Positions 18,321 to 27,244 of a stretch of 64,000 nt of DNA are shown in pieces. Position 1 is the first letter of the stretch. The number at the start of each line of letters is the position of its first letter. Made by a program: the position numbers and the translations under genes. The stretch lies in IMG/VR virus record IMGVR_UViG_3300048587_001155, positions 1-64,000 of that record. One strand, written 5' to 3'. This DNA comes from a virus. Below the pieces are notes generated by a model. That model saw only the letters and a list, made by a program, of their open reading frames with translations. It was not told the DNA's origin and made no database searches.

Positions 18321-19399
18321 AAAGTCTGAATATACTTCTCTTCGATGACGTGGAAGAGAATCTGCGTGAGGTTCAAGATCTTATTTCAAAAGAGCTTGGC
18401 GTTAAAGGGAAGGTGGAAGCATATCCTCTTGTTCGGAGAGAAACCTCTAAGCTGGGCGACCCGGAGCCATTCGAAGACATCATCGAGCGCGAGCTCAGGA
18501 AGCGTGCGGAGCCGGTCAGCCTAATAGTCGCAGACCGAGATCTATCGCGAGCCACAGATTACCGTGGACTGTCAGAACCAACCGTTCGCCGCGCCGCAGA
18601 ACGACTTGCGATACCGGAATGTGGCTATGCACGCGGTGAATCCGGGGACGCTATCTCATATTTGGATATTGGCGAGAAGAGAGAGGAGTGTATTCGCCTT
18701 AGCCTCACTCCCCAAGATGTGTTCGCTCGGAAGGTGGTCGACATCGCCGAAGGATTCGAATGGATGAAGGAGCAGGTCCCAAATGTAATGCAAAAGATGA
18801 AAGGCAGACAACCATCTCCGGCAAAGATACTCGCCGAATTGTTGGGAGTGCCCGATCAAGTTGAGAAAATTTCCCTCTTTGCTGTGGGCGATAAAAATCG
18901 ATTGGGTGACATCCCCAGACTTGGAAAATCTTCTTCAGACGAGAGAGCACGGAGGCTCGCCTATCTCTTGGGTTATTGGCTGTGGGACTCTGTCTTATTT
19001 TTTCCTGGGCTTGTAGTAAATGAAATAGCCGCATCAAGTTACTTGAATATCAGCGTAGAAGAGTTCAGAAAAAAGGATGTAGCAAGTTTATTCTCCGCGG
19101 CCAAATACTTGGGTCCGTTCTCCTACGCGAGAGGGCCTCTCTGGTGGCGCGGTAGGCTTGATTCACTACTCGGTGATTTCGAAGACGGAAACTCTCTAGC
19201 GACGACGAACCTCGGTCGAGAAGTCGCACCATGCTTATGCTCCGTAGATCCTTCGATACAGGCGGGCTTCGTTTGCGTACTGTCAAACAAACCTGTTAGT
19301 AGCAAAAACTCAACAGGCAAATTGCTTTGGTTGCCCCGAGGCGCCGATTTGGCTCGGGTGAGTCGCACGATGATCGATGAGTTTGGTCCATGGCTGTAG
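18317..19399 (+). CDS. Response-regulator receiver domain protein with uncharacterised C-terminal domain
   Basis: ILLFDD and LIVADRDL receiver motifs; translationally coupled (ATGA) to the kinase. Confidence 0.7.
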   Translation: MKSLNILLFDDVEENLREVQDLISKELGVKGKVEAYPLVRRETSKLGDPEPFEDIIERELRKRAEPVSLIVADRDLSRATDYRGLSEPTVRRAAERLAIPECGYARGESGDAISYLDIGEKREECIRLSLTPQDVFARKVVDIAEGFEWMKEQVPNVMQKMKGRQPSPAKILAELLGVPDQVEKISLFAVGDKNRLGDIPRLGKSSSDERARRLAYLLGYWLWDSVLFFPGLVVNEIAASSYLNISVEEFRKKDVASLFSAAKYLGPFSYARGPLWWRGRLDSLLGDFEDGNSLATTNLGREVAPCLCSVDPSIQAGFVCVLSNKPVSSKNSTGKLLWLPRGADLARVSRTMIDEFGPWL

Positions 19400-19409
19400 A
19401 GAACGAGAT

Positions 19410-20105
19410 ATGTCACAATTTCCAGGACAAGCCCGGTATGCGGATCTCATTGCTTCATTCACTCGACACCTTCAGACTCCCTGTGGAATGATCGACATCT
19501 TTCCTAGATCCGAAGCTGAATGGTTTAGGTCTACCCAAAAGACGGCTTCACTTTCGGAATGGAAGTTCGAAATCGTAATGCACCTTCCGCGATGGAAGGC
19601 CAGGAGAAAGGAAGTTTATATTATCCTTCATGCAACCGAGACCATACAGCGAAGGTCTGGCGGGGCTGCGATAGTGACGAAATCCACCGTGCGCCTTTCA
19701 TATTGCGATGTTGAAGAAGAGTGCGAGCTCCTCCATTCAATTCACTATGACTTTGACAAAATAGTAGAAAAGCATCCTCTGTTCCATGCACAGGTAACGA
19801 ATGAAGCTCCTTCATTACCCGATGTAGCTCAACAGGAACTCGAGATCATTCTTCCAAAGCCGCGTTCTCCGCTTTTTAAATTTGCACGAATTCCAACTTC
19901 CGACATGACTCTCCCTTCGGCACTTTTGTGCTTAGCGGCAGATCATTGCGGAGACCAGGAAGCGTTTGACGCATTCCGCGAAAAGGTTATGTCACTTCGC
20001 GAGAAAATGCATTACGCCGATGCGTCGATGATTACGAATCATGTAAGTGGATCAAAATTACCAATTCTTTGTAGCTCGGTTTGGTTCGGAAAGTCGCCTG
20101 AGTAG
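19410..20105 (+). CDS. Hypothetical protein (HYDFD...HPLFHAQ...RIP motif, DUF2290-like)
   Basis: Last gene of the operon; His-containing motif recalls DUF2290-type proteins (from memory, unverified). Confidence 0.55.
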   Translation: MSQFPGQARYADLIASFTRHLQTPCGMIDIFPRSEAEWFRSTQKTASLSEWKFEIVMHLPRWKARRKEVYIILHATETIQRRSGGAAIVTKSTVRLSYCDVEEECELLHSIHYDFDKIVEKHPLFHAQVTNEAPSLPDVAQQELEIILPKPRSPLFKFARIPTSDMTLPSALLCLAADHCGDQEAFDAFREKVMSLREKMHYADASMITNHVSGSKLPILCSSVWFGKSPE

Positions 20106-20285
20106 CTGTTACGCGGCGATTTGAGGTCAAGCATCACTTGGAGTACAGACGAGGTGGTGAACCTAAGCAAGTTTCAGATGGAAGACAACGACTAATCGTC
20201 GAGTCTGCTGAGTTCACCCATTTCCGTTTGGTAAACCAAGCGCAGATATCGAGACTGAGTTAAGGTGAATTGACTGTTTGATCTT

Positions 20286-20326
20286 GGCCGGCGGTTTTGT
20301 GCATGGCCCGTCGGTCTCTTTTTTTT
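20286..20326 (+). terminator. Intrinsic terminator
   Basis: GGCCGGCGG...CCGTCGGTC stem followed by a T8 run. Confidence 0.55.
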
Positions 20327-20406
20327 AAGCTACGTTTCGTGAGCCCCGATCGGCATGGGCGAACGATGCGGGGGCGCAATCCTAGCTCATGTCGATTCGG
20401 GGTCTA

Positions 20407-20640
20407 CTACTTTGGCCGGTTCAAGCTCTGGAAGATGGCAAGCGCATCCTCAGCTTCCTGGCCGTGCAGATAGTGAGATTCCCCGCCACGATCCGGCGAA
20501 CTGCCGACAACAACCTCGAGTATCTTCTCTTCTTCGTCGAATTCGGCCTCGCGGATAAAAGCCGTGTTGATGAACTTCAGCTTGCGGGTCAGCCCGTTGA
20601 GTCCCTGCTCAGTCCTCGTGAACTTGATGAATGGCGGCAT
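20407..20640 (-). CDS. Small hypothetical protein
   Basis: 77 aa, GGAGG RBS upstream, protein-like composition. Confidence 0.5.
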   Translation of the reverse strand: MPPFIKFTRTEQGLNGLTRKLKFINTAFIREAEFDEEEKILEVVVGSSPDRGGESHYLHGQEAEDALAIFQSLNRPK

Positions 20641-20892
20641 CGAATCCTCCCGTCGAGTTCTGTGATTTCTGACGGAATAACCGAATGAAGAGCGGATTTC
20701 GAGAGCATTCTGGACTACATTGGTGCATCGTTTGGGTTAGGCCGGCGGGTTATGGGACTCCGGATCCGCCGGCCGTTTTACCCTCCGAAAACCCGGAATT
20801 CCACCTGTTGCGACTGATTCGACTTTTCTAAACTCCGTTCATTGGCTTCGGGTTGGACCCAAGCGTTATCGCTACTTCATGATGGAGGAGCC

Positions 20893-22128
20893 ATGCCACG
20901 TCAAACTACGACATATCGCGTATTAATTGCGTCACCTTCGGATTGTGAAGAAGAACGAAGATTAGTTCCAGAAGTCATAAGTGACTGGGTTGATGGCCAT
21001 TCGTTGTCGCTCGATATCACCGTATTGCCTGTCAAATGGGAGACGAATTCGGTCCCAGAATTAGGAGAGAAGGGCGCTCGGCCACAGGGAATAATCAACA
21101 GTCAACTTATCAAAGACTCCGATATTCTTGTCGCGATCTTTTGGAGCCGCCTCGGAACTCCGACAGGAAAAGCAGATTCCGGTACGATCGAAGAAATCGA
21201 GGAATTCCGAAAGGCCGGCAGACCGGTTCTCGTCTACTTTTCCCAAAAACCGGTACCAAACAATGTCGATACATCTCAGCTCGAAAAGCTTCGCGAATAC
21301 CGCGAACAAATTCGGCACGAAGGAATTTGTTTTGATTATCATTCGCTCGAGAATCTGCGAAACCTTCTATCCAAGCACTTAAACAGAGTGATCACCGAGC
21401 TTCATGAAGTCCATAAGCTGAGTCTCAAAAATCCTGTTAACGCAGAACCTATGGACGAGAGGCTAAAACGCTTTCGTGAATTCGCAGACGAGTTCGACTC
21501 TTTTCTTCGTGGATTCGAACTGAAATGGCACGCCGAACAAGAGGTCAGGCAGATCAATTTAAACAACGGAAAATCCCATTTATTAAGTGCGTATGATCAC
21601 GTTCACACATTGACCAGCCGCATCAAGTTTGGGTTAGATGAGATCAAAGAGCCATTGAAAGAAATATTAGTGAAGATTCGACAATTGCAGGACCATCACC
21701 TATTCGCGGACGGTGGCAGATCCATGGCTGAGTTCTGGGAACATGGCAATGAGATCATCAAAGACTTGCATGGCATATCCGGCAAAATCCGTGTACTGGA
21801 AAGACGATTGCTAGAACCTCAATCTGAAATCCCGCCCAATGCGCATCCCAATGACAGAGGCGTATCATTGTCAGAGCTTGCGGCAGAAATCATTCGTGAG
21901 GCGGTGAAAGATAAGAACGGAATGATTTTGGCGTATGGCCTGTTGGATGGCTGGCATGTGGCCACTAATCAACTCGACTTTGTTGAACCTGATGATCCTC
22001 GAAGTGAAGCAAAAGCACGCGCCGCGATAAAAGAACTTCAAGCAAATGGTTTAATCGAGCAGCGCGGAAAAGAGTCGTACGGAGTCACAGCGGCTGGCTT
22101 TGACTGGACCGACAAACAAAATCCCTGA
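20893..22128 (+). CDS. DUF4062 (TIR/DRHyd-like) domain protein with C-terminal winged helix
   Basis: RVLIASPSDCEEER, KWE, PQGIIN, FWSRLGTPTG, SGTIEE; C-terminal AIKELQANGLIE...YGVTAAGF; GGAGGAG RBS. Confidence 0.75.
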   Translation: MPRQTTTYRVLIASPSDCEEERRLVPEVISDWVDGHSLSLDITVLPVKWETNSVPELGEKGARPQGIINSQLIKDSDILVAIFWSRLGTPTGKADSGTIEEIEEFRKAGRPVLVYFSQKPVPNNVDTSQLEKLREYREQIRHEGICFDYHSLENLRNLLSKHLNRVITELHEVHKLSLKNPVNAEPMDERLKRFREFADEFDSFLRGFELKWHAEQEVRQINLNNGKSHLLSAYDHVHTLTSRIKFGLDEIKEPLKEILVKIRQLQDHHLFADGGRSMAEFWEHGNEIIKDLHGISGKIRVLERRLLEPQSEIPPNAHPNDRGVSLSELAAEIIREAVKDKNGMILAYGLLDGWHVATNQLDFVEPDDPRSEAKARAAIKELQANGLIEQRGKESYGVTAAGFDWTDKQNP

Positions 22129-22132
22129 TGAA

Positions 22133-22157
22133 CTAAATTTAGCTCCCTCACTAAACC
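22133..22157 (+). repeat. 25-bp direct repeat, copy 1
   Basis: CTAAATTTAGCTCCCTCACTAAACC; 23/25 identical to 24169-24193. Confidence 0.8.
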
Positions 22158-22339
22158 AGAAACTGCGAGGTAACTAACGTCGAGGCCCCCGGCAAAAGGG
22201 GATCTCAGTAGAAAATAAATTCGGCATCGGAGGCGCGATACGATGGCTCGAAGTTTGATCCGTCGAAATTTTCGCCGGCTCCGTCGGTTACTCGCTCAAG
22301 CCTGTCGACCAACTAAGTCAGGATCACCGGAGAGTCAGC

Positions 22340-22795
22340 GTGTGCGTTCACCATGAAGACACAGTCCCCGGCCCTGTCCATCCTCACCATACAGCCATCA
22401 ACAACAGGTGCTATTTCTTTTACGACAAGCACCACAGGCCAGCCAACGTCGACGATGCTCAGTGGCTACCCGGCCTTCCGTCGGCAGAGGAATTTGGTGT
22501 GTTCGAGCGAGCGAATGAGCACGATCTGTCCACCAATGGGGGGGACTTGTTCGGCCTACGAATCCGAGAGGGACTAGTTTTGGAACTCGGGATGTTCGGC
22601 GAGCAGGTAGCCAAGTTCCCGTTCGTCTGTGGCAACATGCCGTGGCACGGGTTTCCACACTGGCCCTTAGCCACGAACGGTCTTGCTGGCGGCCGCACGT
22701 ATCCACCTCCGCGGAAAGTTCTGAAAAAAATGGAAGCGGTCGGACTCATTACCGCCACGCAGCGAAGGCGGCTTGAATCTGGAAAGCACGTATGA
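22340..22795 (+). CDS. Hypothetical protein (WHGFP motif)
   Basis: 151 aa, GTG start with GGAG RBS; coupled (ATGA) to the next gene. Confidence 0.6.
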   Translation: MCVHHEDTVPGPVHPHHTAINNRCYFFYDKHHRPANVDDAQWLPGLPSAEEFGVFERANEHDLSTNGGDLFGLRIREGLVLELGMFGEQVAKFPFVCGNMPWHGFPHWPLATNGLAGGRTYPPPRKVLKKMEAVGLITATQRRRLESGKHV

Positions 22796-23922
22796 CTAGT
22801 ACCCCTTTTCGCCACATCCTCCACAAGTTACCTACCGTTATCACTTGGGCCGGCATCTGCCCCTGGACGAACACCTACTGTTTCGGGTCGGGAACGGGTA
22901 GAGTCGGCGTCTCGCCCGGTAGCCGTCGGACGCTTGGGAAGAAGGAGGTGCACCCGACGAAGAATGTCGATGTCGCCACCGCCCCCGTCAACGGTATAGC
23001 CTTTCTCGGTCGATTCGCGGCCGTGTCATCTCGCCACGAAATCGTCATCCTCCCACGTAGCGATCTCTACAAGAGTCACTTCGGACAGGTGGTGCTCACT
23101 CACGACAACGGCGCGCACGGCGTAGTGGCCGTCAACGCTATTCAGGAATTCGTTGCGCCGATTGGCGCCGGCGGCTTGGTTTGCCTCACAACTCGCCGCA
23201 AGAGCCGACCGCGCGTTAGGATAGAGCGGACGCCGGAGCGCAGCCTGAACTTTTACAAGGTCACGGTCGTCAGAGAGTACGAACCGAGGGCTCTACTAGC
23301 CGCCGCCTGCCGTAAAGGCGGTATCGCGGCCTTCTGCCTCACGCAGGGACAGCCGCCGTCAGCGATCACTCGCCACGTCTTCGGGAAGGGCGACATCGTG
23401 GACATCGTTGCCGTTGGCGAACCGCAGGCCTCGCATGGTGTCATCGGACTCAGCAAGGACGGATCGCTGGTTTGGATTCCAGACGTGCTCGCCAGTGCCC
23501 CTCCACGCACTATTTCTCCTCGCATCTCCATCGACACCGCATATTCCTTGCTATTGGTCAAAGGACATGGTTTAGTTCTGGCCGACAAGACCCTCTCGTG
23601 CTTGCCCTATCTGGTTGACGGTCTAGTTTCGGGGCGGGATTCGATCGACGGCTTTACCATTCCGTTCGAGGGCGACGAGTTGCTACCGGCGGCGGAGGGT
23701 TCGTTCTTCCTCCTCACTGACGAGGGGCCCAGAGAGTTCGAGATAGAGCAGTTTATCCAGGACGCTAATGCTCTGCACAACGCCGACGCTCGAGGACAGG
23801 TTCCACCGGAGCCTTACTCGGCAATTATCCGTGCTAATGTCAGCCAATACGGATACTTGCCAGCCGAGCTCGACTGGAACCGCGAGCCGGACGCCGCGTT
23901 CGACAAGGAGTTTGTCGGATGA
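22792..23922 (+). CDS. Putative beta-propeller protein
   Basis: Repeating short hydrophobic beta-strands (VNGIAF, GAHGVVA, DIVDIVAV, DGSLVW). Confidence 0.5.
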   Translation: MTSTPFRHILHKLPTVITWAGICPWTNTYCFGSGTGRVGVSPGSRRTLGKKEVHPTKNVDVATAPVNGIAFLGRFAAVSSRHEIVILPRSDLYKSHFGQVVLTHDNGAHGVVAVNAIQEFVAPIGAGGLVCLTTRRKSRPRVRIERTPERSLNFYKVTVVREYEPRALLAAACRKGGIAAFCLTQGQPPSAITRHVFGKGDIVDIVAVGEPQASHGVIGLSKDGSLVWIPDVLASAPPRTISPRISIDTAYSLLLVKGHGLVLADKTLSCLPYLVDGLVSGRDSIDGFTIPFEGDELLPAAEGSFFLLTDEGPREFEIEQFIQDANALHNADARGQVPPEPYSAIIRANVSQYGYLPAELDWNREPDAAFDKEFVG

Positions 23923-24123
23923 TCCTCGGCGTGTAGTCACTGGGTACCGTAGAACGCCAAAGCATTCGCTGCAGCAATCGGCGGGGAGGGCTTTTGGGAG
24001 TTCAAAGTCTCCAAGGCGGCCGCCGCTGCTGAGCTTTTCTCATCGACGAAGGCCAGCCCTTGAAGAATCCAAACTGGTAACGGACCATCGGGATTCGGTG
24101 CTCGTGGCACCTCCTCTGTGTGG

Positions 24124-24162
24124 TCGACCCCGTGTTTGGTTGAGCACGGGGTCGATTTATTT
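24124..24162 (+). terminator. Intrinsic terminator
   Basis: TCGACCCCGTG...CACGGGGTCGA 11-bp stem followed by TTTATTT. Confidence 0.6.
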
Positions 24163-24168
24163 CCCCGT

Positions 24169-24193
24169 CTAAATTTAGCTCCGTCGCTAAACC
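24169..24193 (+). repeat. 25-bp direct repeat, copy 2
   Basis: CTAAATTTAGCTCCGTCGCTAAACC. Confidence 0.8.
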
Positions 24194-24328
24194 GTCCTAA
24201 ATCCCGCGATCCCGGGAAATCGGGATTATCGTTTGCCGAGAAGACGGTAAACTCATGGACGTGAGACTTCTGCGAACCCCTGGATTTGGAAACGAGTCGA
24301 GGGGTTGCTCTTTTTCGAGGGCCAACCG

Positions 24329-24565
24329 ATGATCAATCCCGACATCAGCATCGACGCTCTGCTGAAGGCGAAGGCAGAACTCGAGAAGATCGGCCCGATC
24401 CAACGCTACGTCGAAGTGACACCCAAGCAATACGCCGCAATGAGAGAGATGATTCCAACGGTCGTCGTTCCTCGAGAATTCCCTTTCGGCTTGCGAGTCC
24501 GAATTATCGGCGATCCGGCCACCATGACATTTCTCGACCTCTTCATCTCCGATCCCAAAACTTAA
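24329..24565 (+). CDS. Small hypothetical protein
   Basis: GAGG RBS; converges on the next gene. Confidence 0.45.
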   Translation: MINPDISIDALLKAKAELEKIGPIQRYVEVTPKQYAAMREMIPTVVVPREFPFGLRVRIIGDPATMTFLDLFISDPKT

Positions 24566-24569
24566 CAAG

Positions 24570-24869
24570 CTAGGCCGCTGCGTATTTCTTCACGAAAATG
24601 TCGGGCTTGACCGGGTAAAACTCCCCGTTGACACCCTTGACGATCCAATCGCCGTGTCGCGCGATCATCTCTCCTTCGAGAGTCGGAATCGTCAATTCGA
24701 TGAACGGCCCTCCCTCGCCGCACGTGTCGGAGTAGGTTTCGACGTGACGACCGGGATTCTCCCCGGAGATGATGCTTCCGAGGAACTCACAGATCTCATC
24801 CCAATTGGTCCACCGAAGTTGAACCGCTTCAATGACCACAGGCAGCGATCGGTAAAGACCCATTTCCAT
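24570..24869 (-). CDS. Conserved small phage protein (PGDYG-like family)
   Basis: PVVIEAVQ...TLEGEMIA..GDWIVKGVNGEFYPVKPDIF is a common phage protein signature. Confidence 0.75.
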   Translation of the reverse strand: MEMGLYRSLPVVIEAVQLRWTNWDEICEFLGSIISGENPGRHVETYSDTCGEGGPFIELTIPTLEGEMIARHGDWIVKGVNGEFYPVKPDIFVKKYAAA

Positions 24870-25004
24870 GTTCCTTCCGAATCGTGACAAACCTTTCCAC
24901 CAGCCCGGTATCTAAACCGCCGACCGCCCCGAGTTCAAATTTCGTCCCTTGTCCGAATTGACCGCCACCGCCAGTGCAGCGATTGAACTCACCTCCATCT
25001 CCGA

Positions 25005-25070
25005 CCCTAATCCGGTAAGCTCCTCCCTAACCCGGTAAGCTAATCCGGTAACCTCACCCCCTAATCCGAC
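25005..25070. repeat. Four imperfect CTAAYCCG(GTAA) repeats
   Basis: CCCTAATCCGGTAAGC, CCCTAACCCGGTAAGC, CTAATCCGGTAACC, CCCTAATCCGAC. Confidence 0.65.
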
Positions 25071-25783
25071 ATGCTTTGACCGAAACAGAAAAAGCGATTC
25101 CCAAACCACTGTACACCCACCCCGTATACGCCCTTTACAGCCCTTCAAACGTCCACCGGACATACAGACAGGTTAATTACCCTCGAAATGGCAGAGCAGG
25201 TCAGCCAGACACCAAGACGGGCATCCCAAGTAAGGTTTTCCGGGGCAGCTTTTCAGGGCAAAAATTGGGGAGAGGGCCCCTAGAAATGGGCGGGAGGGCG
25301 TGGGGCCAACGGGGTATGCGGGTTTCGCTCCTGATCACATCGCGTAACATCTATCACACAATGCACGAATAGATAAGCACTTGCGTCATATCATTCGTTG
25401 CCGATCCTGCGCCCACATAGTGAAGCACGTATGCCGTTGGGGGTGTTTCTATCCTTATGATCGAAAGAATCGCCCCTCTTCATCCCTTTTCACCATGTTC
25501 ACTACTCATGTTCAGTATTGCTCAAGCCGTTGGATATTGGTTGCAAGTCTGTCGCAAATGCTTTGAAGATCAGGGGGAAAGTGATTCGCAGATTGGCGGT
25601 AAGATCGTCCGAAAGTGTTTCGAGAATGGCTCGAAGATTGGTTGCAAGTGGCCTGTAGATGTTCTGTGAATGCTTGATTGATTTACCGATACCCGACCGT
25701 TCCCGGTCGGAAGCCTCGCCCCTTGGGCGTGTCTTCTCTCGGCATAGGGAGTCTTCTCCCATAGCGACGGGCCGGGCGAGGAA

Positions 25784-25811
25784 TTGACGATCGGCTAGGA
25801 TTCGGCAAGAT
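25784..25811 (+). promoter_or_regulatory. Putative sigma70 promoter, probably leaderless, for the HTH gene
   Basis: TTGACG-N16-CAAGAT with the ATG 6 nt downstream. Confidence 0.35.
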
Positions 25812-25817
25812 GCGGAG

Positions 25818-26258
25818 ATGACGACTCAACTCGAAAGCTTCGACGATCAACTAAGGGAACGAGTCCGCGCCAAGCTGGATCCCGATTCCTTCTCCCTCAA
25901 TGAACTGGCCAGGCAATCGGGAATCAATGTCGGTACGCTTTCCCGATGGCTCAACATTCCGTCGCGGTCTATTCGGCTCGATCATGCGGAACAGCTGGCC
26001 CGCGTTCTTCGTTGTGATCTATGCGTCTCGGAGGGAAAGAGGGCGAGCCGTTACCATCCGGGCCGATCGTTAAGCATGTCTGATCAACTCCGCGGATTCA
26101 TCGAGGAGAGGGGCAAAACGGAATTGGCGCGATCGTCTGGCGTTCCTTTGAGCACAATCACGACGTGGCTAGCTAACAAAGATTCCAGAATTTCTTGCCG
26201 CGTTGCTTTCAAGCTTTGCGCCGTTCTGCAAAAGGACTTACTCGCAGCACGTGAGTAA
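25818..26258 (+). CDS. Tandem XRE-HTH transcriptional regulator
   Basis: Two repeats: ELARQSGINVGTLSRWLN and ELARSSGVPLSTITTWLA. Confidence 0.8.
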   Translation: MTTQLESFDDQLRERVRAKLDPDSFSLNELARQSGINVGTLSRWLNIPSRSIRLDHAEQLARVLRCDLCVSEGKRASRYHPGRSLSMSDQLRGFIEERGKTELARSSGVPLSTITTWLANKDSRISCRVAFKLCAVLQKDLLAARE

Positions 26259-26296
26259 TCTCCTGAAAGTCTTTTGAAAATCTTTCGAAAATTGTT

Positions 26297-26311
26297 GCAA
26301 CGATTCGTTGC
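26297..26311. promoter_or_regulatory. Palindromic operator candidate
   Basis: GCAACGA-T-TCGTTGC overlapping a TTGCAA -35-like hexamer upstream of the plus-strand cluster. Confidence 0.45.
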
Positions 26312-26482
26312 GCTTGCCGTATTGTATCTCTGTCGAGAGCGACGGGACGTAAGACGAACACGGTTCGCGGTCCTCTGACGGCAATCATAAGACCGCCAGT
26401 AGCTCAGAAACGACGAAGCGCATCGGACGCTCTTGTTCCGATCAGCTGGCACGGCTGTGAATGTGTCGAGAGATTCAATCCC

Positions 26483-27124
26483 ATGCTACATGAACGTTAC
26501 CGGCCCGCGACGTGGGAAGACTTCGCAGGCCATGAAAAAGCCGTCAAGATCGTCCGGCGCGTGATCGATCGGCCCGGCTATGCTGGCGGGGCATTCTGGA
26601 TCGATGGCCCGTCCGGTGTAGGCAAAACATCCCTTGCTTGGCTCATTAGTCGCACGTTGACCGCAGGCGATGATTACAACATTGAGGAAATCGACGGGGA
26701 CGGTTGCTCCGTCGATCGCGTGCGTGAGTTATCCGAAACGCTACGCTACCGATCGTTGACCGGCGGTTTCCGTTGCGTGATCGTCAACGAAGCGCATGCC
26801 ATGACAGCGCGAGCCGTGCAAGCTTGGCTAACTCTGCTCGAGCGCCTCCCGTCTCAAGTCGTCGTGATCTTCACCACAACGCAAGGGCGTGAGGAATCGT
26901 TATTCGGTGATTTCGATGCGCCTCTCAAGTCGCGGTGCCTATGCGTGAGCCTCACGACGTACGGCATTGCTGATGCTTTCGCAGCGCGAGCGATGGACAT
27001 AGCCAAGCGTGAAGGCTTGGACGGTCAACCGATCGCGAAGTATAAGCGACTCGTCGCGGACTGCCGGAATAACCTTCGAGCCGTTCTAGGTGAGATTGAA
27101 CTCGGCGTGATGATTACGGACTGA
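26483..27124 (+). CDS. Truncated DnaX/clamp-loader-like AAA+ protein
   Basis: ERYRPATWEDFAGH, GPSGVGKT, Walker B variant IVNEAH, LKSRC; ends after the lid (213 aa). Confidence 0.8.
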   Translation: MLHERYRPATWEDFAGHEKAVKIVRRVIDRPGYAGGAFWIDGPSGVGKTSLAWLISRTLTAGDDYNIEEIDGDGCSVDRVRELSETLRYRSLTGGFRCVIVNEAHAMTARAVQAWLTLLERLPSQVVVIFTTTQGREESLFGDFDAPLKSRCLCVSLTTYGIADAFAARAMDIAKREGLDGQPIAKYKRLVADCRNNLRAVLGEIELGVMITD

Positions 27125-27244
27125 CAACAGCGACCGCGCCCCGTTCGCGGGGCGTGCTGCTCTTGCCATTCGGTAAGTGACGTTCCAGGGCGTCCTAGTC
27201 CTTGGACAGCGTGCGGCGCTGTGAGCCCGCGTGGGGTTCGATCC

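Noticed and set aside
14795-20105. Classical type II restriction-modification system
   Set aside because: No recognisable PD-(D/E)xK, HNH or PLD nuclease; the partners are a kinase and a receiver protein.
25005-25070. CRISPR array or telomere-like (CCCTAA) repeat
   Set aside because: Units are short and irregular, with no spacer-sized unique sequences and no cas genes.
26375-26411. Hammerhead ribozyme (CTGAC...GAAAC)
   Set aside because: The core reads CTGACGG rather than CTGANGA, and the required stems could not be formed.
26483-27124. Host dnaX housekeeping gene
   Set aside because: Only 213 aa, no zinc module or collar domain, altered Walker B, and phage context.
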